Assembly: GCA_002269645.1 (NCBI GenBank)
Contig: NIVC01000754.1
Location: 186,001 to 250,000 of the forward strand
Source of the DNA: Macrostomum lignano
Lineage: Eukaryota
Direction of reading: 5' to 3'
DNA: 64,000 nucleotides
The notes below the pieces were generated by a model. It was not told where the DNA came from. It saw only the letters and a list, made by a program, of their open reading frames with translations, and ran no database searches. Shown here piece by piece: positions 37,201 to 49,200 of this stretch. Numbering within the stretch: the stretch's first letter is position 1; every line of letters starts with the position of its first letter. A program made the position numbers and the translations under genes.

Positions 37201-40200
37201 AGAATCTAAACAACAAGACACGTTACAAAATCCATTACAAACTGCTTCAGTATTTTATCTCACTTGGTTGCAGGGTCACCAAAGTTCACAGGGCTCTTAC
37301 ATTTACAGAGGAAGCGTGGATGAAACCCTACATTGATAAGAACACCCAGTTTAGGACCAAAGCAACCAACGACTTTGACAAGAACCTCTTTAAGTTGGCC
37401 AACAACTCTGTCTATGGCAAGACTCTTGAGAATGAGCGGAAAAGAACAAACCTGAAACTTGTTACCTCATCAGAGCCTGCTGTTATTCAGGCAAATATGT
37501 CAAAGCCAACATTCAAAGAACTCCATATCTTTAATAGCTACTTAGGTGTGATCATATTTTACAAAACCAAGGTGACGCTGCGCAAGCCGATCTATACAGG
37601 TGTCACTGTTCTCGACGAATCAAAACGTCTGATGTACCAGTTCTTCTATGGCATGAAGCAGCAGTACAAGGATAAAATGAAACTCTTGTACACTGACACA
37701 GACAGTTTTATTATGGACATTCAAACAGAAGACATTTATCAGGACATGCTGCAGCAAAAAGATTTGTTTGACTTGTCTGAGTATGATGAATCTTGCAGGA
37801 CACTGAATGGTGATCAAGTTTTTGACGCTACTAACAAGAAAGTGATTGGGAAAATGAAGGACGAGATTGCTGGTGACATAATCACTGAATTCATTGGTTG
37901 AGAGCAAAGTCCTATTTTGTAAAATGTGAGTCGTCAGACCCAATTAAAAAATCAAAGGGAATCCCGAAACGTGTGGTTAGGAAGGAAATTAATGAAGCTG
38001 AATGCAGAGACGCCTTGAATTGCAACAAAAAGACATCTCATGAGTTCTCAAAGCTACAATCTAAAAACCATATTATTCACACAATTCAGCAGAAGAAGAT
38101 TGGACTGTCAGGTGCAGATAACAAGAGATTCATTTGTGATGACAATATCAACAGTCTACCGTTCGGGCACTGGAGATTCGGCTTAGGAGGTTGGGTTTAG
38201 GAGGTGGAGATTAGGAGATTAGGAGGTTAGGTTGAGGTTTAAGAGACTGTTTAATAAAACTCATAAAAATGACGACAAATAACTTTCTTGAAGATTTGGC
38301 TAACGAACTGGAAATCCCAAACTTTAGAGGAATATTTATGAGGGACACTCTGCCTGATTTTCCTCTAAGAAAGGAATGCGGCATCATGAACTTTGACACC
38401 ACTGATAAGCCAGGATCTCATTGGGTTTGTTGGGTGATTGATCCCGATCGCAAGCACAAGTGTTATTACTTCGATAGCTATGGGACGGCAGTACCAGAAG
38501 AGCTAAGAAATTATATGAAGGGGAAAAATAAAAAAAAATGTATCACTCAGACTTTATTCTTCAAGGTCTTAGCAGTGATATTTTCGGTGAGCTGCGCATG
38601 ACTGTTTTGTATGCAATGACCAAAACACGAAAGACCTACAAGGAAATTATTCTTGGCTGTGTTTCATAGGGGTTCATTGTGCATTTCTCGTCGTCCTTCT
38701 TGCCGACTTTCTTTCCGCATAATGTTAAAGAACTTTCTCGAGTTCATTTCTCAGCTGACTCATGTCATCAGTACCGACCATGTTCAAGTTCATTCGAATT
38801 GATTGTTCATAAAGATCCTGAATGGTTTTGAACTCATCCTCTGAAATGAACTTATCCTCGATTGCCCTTGAAATGTACCCTATGATTGAAGTGTGCACCC
38901 CTTTCTCTTTTACTTGCTTCTCCTGTAGCTGCTTTAGTTTTTTTCGCCTGTTTCGCGCTACTGCTCCAGTAATTGCTGAAATAAGTCCACATTCAGCACC
39001 TACTGAACCAAGTGGAATTGCGATTGGGGCTGTGATGACTGGCAACACTGAGACAGCTGCAGCAGACCCAGTTAGAACAGACACAGATCCTAGAATCATA
39101 TTGCTGTAGTCGAAAAATTTACAGTGACTATTATAGCGCTTAATTTTCTTTGTGTTGTGGAAAATATTTTTTTCAAGATCATCGCGCATTTTTTGAATCT
39201 CCACCAGTCGAAACTGTTGAGAGTTACAAGTAATGACGGGGTAGAGTTTTTGCTGCTCATATTGGGGTGCATTCATATTCGGTGCCAGGTTTTGTGTGTT
39301 CGAATTCGGTGCCATTGGGTTTGGTGCTGTCGGTATTTTAGGTTCAGACTGATCGTATAAAGAATTTTGTTGGGCCATTTTTTTCTCTAGAAAAAATAAA
39401 AAATTATAAAACTATCCGGTTGAAATATCTGTTATTTTCTCTTTGGTAATTTCATCTGCAGTAATGATCGAACGAGCAGTAGATTCTGCTTCATCAATAG
39501 CAATATCACGAAGATTGAGTGCTCTCTCCAGACGATTAAGCCTCCTTAGTGTTTTACCCGAAGAGCTATAAATTCCATTTAGATAGCTACTGTGTGATAC
39601 ATCGTTTCTCTTCAATGCTTCAAGTTTTTCTTTTATTCTGTCATGCAACGCTGTTGACTGGTTCATGAACTCTTCTAAATTATTCACTTTAGCTGTGTTT
39701 GTGAAAACTCCTCCTTCAAGAATGCGCATCTGTCTAGCAGTAGAGTTTCTCAGAAGATTAACTGTCGATGCTAACCCATTGATTTGCGTGACTACCGAAG
39801 TTATTTCTGACCTTAGTTCATTAAAGCTGTGATCAAACTGCACATAAATCTTATCACTTTCAAACTTCTGCCTAGCTACTTTAAGCCTGAGATCTTCCAT
39901 GTTTATCTGTAGCTGGTGCATGGAGCGCTCTAATTGTTTCAGTCTGTTTTTATTCAGTTTGATCTCTGGGATCTCTTCATCAGTGTTAATGTAGCGCTTG
40001 TCAAGGAAGGAAGTTGTGAGAGTGCTGTTGCCTGTAGTTGACTCACCTGCAAAATTAATAGACATTTTTTTAAATAAAAAATTAAAGTAAAATTCTTTTC
40101 TCCTTATTAATCATGACAAACTGATAGGGTTGGTTCCACTTTTCATAGCATATGTTAACAAATTCCTCCTGTGATATTGTTCTGTTAGAGTTCTTAGCTG

Positions 40201-43200
40201 GATATGTAATGTGAGCTGGGGCAATGACCTCATTATAAAATCGTTTCAGTCGATCCTGTGGTATGGTTGGGAAAAGGAGAATCAAATTACAGTTACCTCT
40301 AATTGTTTTATTTGACAGTTCAAACCAGTTTTGGGCAATGTAAATAACATTGCAGTTATTGTGTCTACCCCGGGTGAAATAATTTTCTATCTGTTTCTGG
40401 GGACCGGTCATGCAGTCATCAAAGACAATCAGGTGCTTTCTCCCCTTTTCTAGTTCATCAGGTTGAGGTAAGAGTTTAGTTTTAGGATCTATCTGTGGAT
40501 CTCCATAAGTGAAAACTTTAATGTTTTGCCATTTTTCATTGTCTGGGATGTGCTTTGCGTATTCACTGGCTACAACTTCCGGGTTGCTGTTGAGGTCTTT
40601 TTGATGTCTAAAACATTGAATAATATCTTCCTTGTTGAGTTTGTTCTGTAGGCCCGCTACTAGCATTTTATACTCATCTTGATACAGAGTGGGTGAATAG
40701 ATATGTAGTGTGTCATAATCGAGGAATCCAGGTCTGAGGAGCATGTTAAAAACTCTGAAGGTTTTCCCTGACCCAGATGAGCCAACAACAATGCATCGGA
40801 AGTGCCCTGGAATTATCTCGTTGTGAGCAAATTTTATCTGATTGCGTGTCCAGTGGGGATGAAAGTCGTTTGTGAAGTCCATTTTTTTATGTAAAAAAAC
40901 TTTTTCTTTTTAAACTAGTGTATTTAAGACGCGTGTGTCTCTTTGCGGGATGTGTGTGTCTTTTTTTCTGGTTGTGTGTGTCTTTTTTCGACTAGTCCTA
41001 CATCCGACTAGTCCTACACCCTCACACCTCTTTTACCGTCAGGGTGCACCAAATTAGTCAAATTTAAAACCGCCTCCTTTCTTATATTCAGCTCTCGTCT
41101 TTGCGTAGATGGCTGGATCGACACTATCTGCACTCGGTGCAAGGGGTTGAATATCTGGTATTGATTTCCGGGTTTCATGAACCGTATCTTTAATCTTTTT
41201 GGCTGCTGTGACTACACTGCCGGCCGCTTCGGCAACGTTCTTGATGTTCTCTTTGTTCTCTCCAATGACCTTAAAAATCTTGGCCCCCTGAGCGATCAAA
41301 TCGGCAAGGCCATTCCCAGAGCATTCTTTTCTTGGATAGTGGCCTGCAGGGAAAAGTCCAGATCCGCGTTTAATGAGATTAAGTTCCTCTTTGTCATAGT
41401 ATTTGTCAATGTCTTTTTCGAAAATAATTGGCATCTTTTTAAATAGAAATTATTTTTTGTTAAACCGTAAAAGCAAAAGTTCTCTTGCTCTTTTATCGAT
41501 ATATTTTCTCTCAAGCATTTTGTCTAGGATATGAACGAACTCTTTTCTATTCTCATCTTTCATTCCAGTCTTTGCCGCTCCTAGAAGAACAGCTAACCGC
41601 TTGTAGAATTCAGGCATGCCTTTTCCGGAAGAGCTTGGAGGTGATTTGAATGATTGGTCAGAGGAGGAACTGTCATGTGGCGCTTGTCTTTGTTGAGGTG
41701 TGAATACTCTGTTATTGATTCGCTTCATTCGTTCTGGGGAGAGCCGCTCTAATTGTCGCCAAGTATCAGGGTTTGTATCTTTGTACTGCGAAACAAGAAT
41801 CGGTTCTGCGGCGTCAAGTTGATCAAGTACTTGTTCAACCTGGGTTTTTTGTTGCTGTGGAGGTGGTGGTTGCTGTGGTTGTTGCTGTTGTTGTGGTTGC
41901 TGCTGTTGTTGTGGTTGCTGCTGTTGTTGTGGTTGCTGCTGTTGTTGTTGTTCTAGATATTTTATGACTTCCAACTGATCTGGCAAACCAAACCATTGCT
42001 TAAAGTATTTGTATTTTCTAAACCTGTTCAAGTCAATCCTGTTTTCATGTAAAACTTTCAAAACACCGTTGTTCTTGAGAATGTCTATGTCCCTCTCTAA
42101 AGCGAAGGTAACAAGATCTTTGTAATTTTTTAGCTGCTTTCCAGACGTTTTCTCTAGATTTTTAGTCATGTAATCAAGTAAAGTTTTAGTGTAGGGGATT
42201 CTTTTAGTTTCTGCACCTTTATTGATTGAAATATTTTCATTTGTCACTTCAATGTTGTAATCCACCGGTTCCTTGGTAATTTCTTTTCGCCAGGCGCTAA
42301 TTCCAAAAATATATTTTCCATCAACCATTGCGGGGCCAAAAAAGTTATCCGTCACATTCATCTGCACCGGTTGTGCTTCTGGTTGTCCTGGTTCCTGAGC
42401 CTGTGGTTGTCCTGGTGAAGATGGGATTTTACCCAATGTGTTTTGCAACTGGCTCTCTTGAATATCATCAACTGCTTCCTTCACAGTGTCGATGTTTTTC
42501 TTCGCTTCTGTGTATCCGAGTTTATGAAACTCTGTGGCTGCTTGGACAAACTCATTGTAGGATTGTTGCTCCTTATTTATTAGCCCGGTAACTCGTTTCT
42601 CTGCTTGTGCTAGCTTCTCCAATTCAGATATCTGCTGTGTACTTTTTCGCTTTATTTCTTATTTTATTTTATTTTTAGTTAAAAAATGAACGACCCACTG
42701 ACACCAGTTTTCTACAAAATTAACAAGCCTATTTTGAGTGATGATAGCACAATCAAAGCTGTATTTGGAAGTCATTGAGCCAAAGACTGCACTAAAAGCG
42801 GATTATCTCAAGGCAATAGAGAAGGACATTGATGTTGCATACACGGCCTACATGTGTCGAGATGAGCGAAACGAAACTAGAACAAACATCTGCATTAAAG
42901 AGGGATCATGCAGCAATCCACGGTATATTATTATTAACATGAGAAACCCAAATAGCATTATACGCTACATGCATGGAGACGTGCGGTCCATTCAGCATGA
43001 AATCAGTGATAATCTTTACCCTGCACTGCCACAAAATGGAGATTTCACTCAGAACAAGATTAGCAAATTTTACAGCGAGTTAGTCGACTTGGCTGTGAAA
43101 GAGAACAATGGAATTGCTATCACTGCTCTTCAATATGGAACTCTATATCCGATGTTTGGCGCTGATGTGTCTGCCAGACAAATGCCTACTGATAACAGCC

Positions 43201-46200
43201 CTGTGAATATCGTGACTAACATTGAAAGGACTGCCGCAACACCCGTGGACTTGTACATTATCTATGCATTTGAGAGGAAGGTGAAGCTTAACATGATCAA
43301 CAATTCATCCAGTAAAGTTTAAATTTTTTAGGACAAAAAATGGAAGCCATAGCCGAAAGACTAAACAACATTGTTTCACACTCTAAGGAGAGCATTCCTA
43401 TTACAATAACTGGGCGAATTAATGACTCAAACGGGATATTTGTTGAAAAATTAGAGCAGGCGATTCGCCTGGATCCAGGCGCTAATTACCATGTCTATCT
43501 TAACGACTTCACTGGTTGGTCAAACGTTCCTAATGTGACGGCAGCAAATAATTAGTTTTATTACAAATGGAAAGGTGCAGCAGCAGACCCTGTGGTATTC
43601 CATGTGAGCACGCAAAGTGTGGATACCTACAATAACTTTCTAGAAAATGTCTTTACTAAGAGAGGCCATTTTCAGACACCTGATGCGAGTAAGCCAGAGA
43701 AGAAACTGTTCCCTGTCAAACTAACCTATGATCTCACTGTAATGAGAGTGGTCATGCAAGTTCACAAAGATGCGGAGGTTGAGTTTAAAGATGACACTTG
43801 GTATAGGGAACTGGGATTCGAGAAGAAAGTTTATAAGGCAGAATCCGCGGCGCGGACCGCCACTCAAGCATCGGGGACTGTTAGAATGGTCCGGGAAAGT
43901 GTAAGCGGTTTGTTCTTAGCACCCAATATTGCAGACATTGTAAAGGGTTTGAATATTCTAATCAGAAGCAATCTCAGTCTTGATTGGGTATTTAAGGGAA
44001 AGCGAACGAATATTTTGTACAACATCTCCAACTCTGTTGCTGGAGGACAGATGGTGGTAGAGAAACCAAATCCAGTGAAAATAGTTGTATTGAGTAATAA
44101 GGAGATTCACGAGATTGTGCTACAGTTTGAGACTGAAGATGGGGTGGGTGTTGATTTCAACGGTGAAGAGTTTGTATTGACGTTAATCATTGAGAGAATG
44201 TAAGAAATCACAACTGCCTTATAACTTCTGCAAAGTTATAGTAGCTGTCGTAATCTTTTACGTAGGTTACTCCATACTTATGAAACTAGTGTCTTTGGAG
44301 AGCTAGATTAATATTAGGGACATTGATATCAATGCTGGGCCAATATTTTCTCATGTATTCGCTGCATTCAAGTTTGCATTGGTACTTGGATTTGTACAAT
44401 GGATGAGGCTGAGTATAATAAGAACCTGGAGAGACAACTGAAAACATTTTTATTGAGAATTTAGATTTTTTTCAAAGGGTGAGGACCCGGCGTTGATGAT
44501 TTAAAGTCTTAGGGATCTGGTAGCACGTTGCGGATTGAATGTGGGGAGAAGAATGCAGATTATTTTCTGATTATTTCGAAGATGCTATGGGTGGATGTCA
44601 GTGGATGATGTAGGACACCTGTTATGCTCTGATTCTGTCGTGGAGGAAGGAGGATAGGTTAGGAGGATTATGTTCGAAGTTTTGTAAGCGAGTAGGACAC
44701 CTGTTATGCTCTGATTCAGGGATAATATGGATGGATTTAATGGGATTATGTTCGAAGTTTTCGGAGCAAGTAGGACACTTGTTATGCTCTGATTCTGTCA
44801 GGGATAATATGGATGGATTTAATGGGAACCTGAAGAGACAACTGGAAACATTTTTAGAGAAAATTTAATTTTTTTTCAAAGGGTAAGGACCCTGGGTTAG
44901 GGGATTTAAAGTTTTAGGGATCTGGTTTCAACGCTTCGGATTGAATGTGGGGAGAAGAATGCAGATTATTTTCTGATTGTTTCGAAGATGCTATGGGTGG
45001 ATGTTGGTGGATTATGTCTGTGTCAGTGAGCATAACAGGTGTTAGTGGACACCTGTTATGCTCTGATTCTGTCAGGGATAATGCTCTGATTCTGTCAGGG
45101 ATAATATGGATGGATTTAATGGGATTATGGAGGACGTTTTGTGAGCGAGTGCGACCCCCCTTTTTTTCTGATTCTGTCGGGGATAATATGGATGGATTTA
45201 CTGGGATTATGGAGGATGTGAAAAATTTTGTCCCAAAAGCCCTCTCATGCCTTCTACTATCGAACAAGTGACGAAGTTCGTAGACAGCAGGGATCTTCAA
45301 AACGCTGACACAGAGCCTACCCAAGAAGGACACTCCATCAACTTCGCAGGGAAGGGAGCTCGGCAGCATCGAGGCGGTAGCGTGACCATGTCCTATGAAC
45401 GGCATATAAGCGACTGCAAGTTTTGTGGCAGATCTTACCCAGCTGGCAAATGCCCGGCTTACGGCAAGATATGCAACAAATGCAACAAGCGCAACCACTT
45501 TGGATCTGTGTGCCGCTCCAGTGGCGTCAAACAGGTCAACCATATGGACACGAAACTTGTAACCTCAGACTCCGACGCCTCTGAGGTACTCCATCTGACA
45601 GATGTAGATCTCATCCATGCTGTTTCGGTAACTACAGAAACTGTGCTGATCAACGGTGTCGCTATTCCGATGCAGATCGACACCGGAGCTTCAGTTTCAG
45701 TGCTTTCTAGCCACCTATGGGAATCGCTGCAATGCCCTAAATTGGACAAGTATCATCGGCGACTCGAGGCAAATGATGGCCACATTCTGAAGACATTGGG
45801 AAAGCTGTCTACCACTGTCAAGACGCGCGGTCGAATTCATTCAGCTGAGCTGATGGTGGTTTCATCTTCGAAGACATTCGGCCTGCTAGGATGCGATCTT
45901 CTAGATGGCGACGCCGTATTTCACGCAGCCTACACTGCCACAGCGGCGCCTGCCAATGAACCACTGCCGACCATCAAGGGCATCAAAGCACAATGTACGT
46001 CAGTGGGAAAATCAAGTCGGATTCCTATACAATCCTCTCGATTGAGCACCTATTCTCCAAGCTCAAAAACGCAAAAAAGTTGCGGATAGAAAACAGATAC
46101 GAGTATAATAAATTCAGAATTATTTAAGAAACTAAGATGGCAAATTTGGCAAATTTGCCTATTTGGCAAATAGCTTTCGATGAATCTGCGGAGGAGCTAT

Positions 46201-49200
46201 TAGTGATCAATACCTCACACGGCCTCTATCGTGTCGAACGCCTACAAATGGGTATGAAAAATGCCTCTTTTTATCAAAGGGCCATGGAGAATACTCTATC
46301 TGACCTCAAAGGCATCCTTGTCTACCAAGATGATGTCTTTGAAGAGAATTCCGAAGCACTAGGTAAGCGGCTGAAGGCGGTCAAAACCAGGCTCGCAGAG
46401 AAGAAAGTGACCATCAACGAAAGCAAATCTATTAATATGTGCGATGAAATTTCCTTTCTTGGATTCAAAATCTCCGCATCTGGAATTCAGCCTGATGACC
46501 GTCTAGTTGACAAGATCCATCATATCGCCGCTCCCAGCTCCAAGAAGGAAGTTGAGCAGTTCCTTGGCCTAGTAAATTTTTTGCCCGTCTGATACCTAAT
46601 TTTTCCGCCAAAGTCGCTCCATTGAATCGCCTTCAGAAGGCAAACTCGCCCTTCGTCTGGTCCAACGAATGCGTTCACGCATTTGAGGGGCTCAAGCGAG
46701 AAATCTCATCCTGGCCTGTGGTGCAGACATACAGCCTGGAAAAAGAGGCCACTCTAACCACTGACGCCTCCAAAGGTGCGCTTGCGGCTGTTTTGACCCA
46801 GGACGGGCACCCCGTGATTTACATCTCCAGGACTCTCTCATCCGCAGAAGCTAACTACTCAAACATCGAACGAGAGACCCTGGCGATTTTCTGGGCAATC
46901 CATAGGCTGACAAACTACGAGCGTATCTGCAAGGAAGAAAGTTCACCATTCGGACTGACCTCCAACCGTTGCTTTGCCTCTTTGGTGGCCGCATTCCATT
47001 GCGCACCTTTTCCAGAATCAGCCGATGGGCGCTGTTTCTAATGCAATTCGACTTCACTCTGGAATACGTACCAGGGACAAAAATTCCGCATGCCGACGCG
47101 CTCTCCCGACTCCGGTTCGAAAACGCGGATCTTGAGCCTAGCAGTACCTTTTGGGCGATAAACTGCGTTGCCTTTGAAACCCCAACCATCGATCCAATAT
47201 CCGAAATGGAGTCGGACAGACTCCTTCAACGAATAGTTCGCCGCATTCGGTCTAGTGACTGGCGAGACTGCACACAAGCAGAGGCAGCCTTTAAGAAAGT
47301 CGCGGAATGCCTGACCCTAGAGAATGGCCTGATCTAGATGCGCCGCCGAGCATTCATTCCACCAAGGCTCAGACGAGAGGCCTTCGACGCAGTGCATGAC
47401 ACTCGTAGGGGTTCCAACGCAGCGCACAAGTTGCTTTCACAGACCTTTTGGTGGCCTGGTATGCAGAGGGACGTGGAGCAATTCGTTCATCAATGCCAGG
47501 TGGTGTGTCGTGAACTTTAAGTTAATGAATCTGTTTTATATTCTATGGATGAAAGCCATATAAATTCAATTCGCTATTTTATAAGAGCTGCGAGCTAGTG
47601 GAAAACAGAAAAGAGGGAAAAGCTGGCCGCAGGAAATATATATCTGTAGAATGAGCATCGGCTCAATTGTATGAATTAAAGATTGGACTTGGTTATTCCA
47701 CAACAACGACACAACAAATGGCTTCGCAACAGCGAGATAATCTGCGTGATCTGCCCTGGACTGAAGAAAAATTTAACGCCTGGATCGAGCGATTCGAGGC
47801 GATATGCAGATCGGGTGTGAAGGACGAGAAGAAAGACGGGTTCTCGCCCAAAACCGATTTCTTCATCAGTCTGATGGGTGAAACAGCGTACGAGAAGCTT
47901 CGAAATCTGGTGGCACCTGATAAGCCTAACAGCAAGACCTTCGAAGAATTAAAGACGGCAATTGAAAATCACGTTACGCCCAAGAAGCTGATTGTTGCGG
48001 AGCGCTATAAATTCAATCTTATGAAGCAAGAAGAGCACGAGTCTGCGGCAGACTTTGAAAACCGGCTGAGTGCGCAAGCCGACAAATGCGAATTCGATAA
48101 TTTCCTTCTAGAAGCGCTGCGGGACCGATTTGTGGCTGGCCTACGCAACGACAAGATAGTGAAAGAACTCATCGTTAAAGATCCCCTGACTCTAGAACTG
48201 GCAGTCGAGACAGCCACAGCTCAAGAACAAGTGCTCAAGAGCAATATTCCACAACTCGGGAAGATTGCGGCAGTGACGGCTGTCAAAGCAACTGAATTCA
48301 TCAAGCCACGCCGATTCTGCCTGAAGAAGCGCCCTCCAAGATCATGCCCAGCGTTTGGACCCAAGATGAACCACTTTGAAGCAGCATGTAAATCAAGAAG
48401 TTCGGGGTCCAAGAACAACGAACTAAGCTGGAAAGGAGGCCACAAAGAGCGTGTGCAAACACATTTCAAGCGTTTCCAAGGCGAGTGCGCTGGAATCGAA
48501 CTGGGCAACAACAGCGCACCTGGACAGGATCAGGAGCTATTCAGCCTGTCGGATTCTCACACTGAAAGATCGTGCTACCTGGTAAATCTAAAATTAAATG
48601 GCAATGAAGTCAACATGATGGTGGATTCTGGAGCGTCCGTTACTTGTATCGTAAAGACGCTAGCTCAGAAGATTAGACTCAGCTGGGACTACCCGACTTT
48701 TAAACTCACGTCATACGGAGGACAACCACTACCAGTTTTTGGAATGGCAAAGGTGAAAGTGCGTAAGGATAGGCTCGAATTAACACTCCCGGTGGTGATT
48801 TTGGACCTTGACGTCAAGCCTGTCATCGGTCGCGATTGAATTGACTACAGCCCAGTCCCAAGCATCAGTAGAACATCACGGGCAGATTCGAGTGAGACTA
48901 GCACTGTCACCTAATGCCAGGCCCATAGTGTCCAAAGCCCGTCCTCTACCATTTTCGTTGGTTTCACCTGTTCGAAGCAAGCTGGAAGAACTGGAGAAGC
49001 GTGGGATAGTTGAGAAAGTGCAGCGACCATTATTTGCTAGTCCAATCGTGGCCGTTCCAAAAAGCTCTGGTGACATCCGGATTTGCGGTGACTACCGTCG
49101 GATCAATCAGTTTCTGCAATTACCTCCTATCGAAATGCCCACTAGAGCAGACATCCAGCGAGCCATCCATGGCTGCAGTCGATTTTCGGTGCTGGATTTG

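Larger units (their letters stand above)
31020..45258. mobile_element. Polinton/Maverick (adintovirus-like endogenous element), 14,239 bp
   Basis: AGTAG...CTACT termini, 434-bp TIRs and 6-bp TSD ACCGAA/ATCGAA. Carries pPolB, integrase, adenain, ATPase, MCP, penton and PLA2 genes. Confidence 0.96.
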
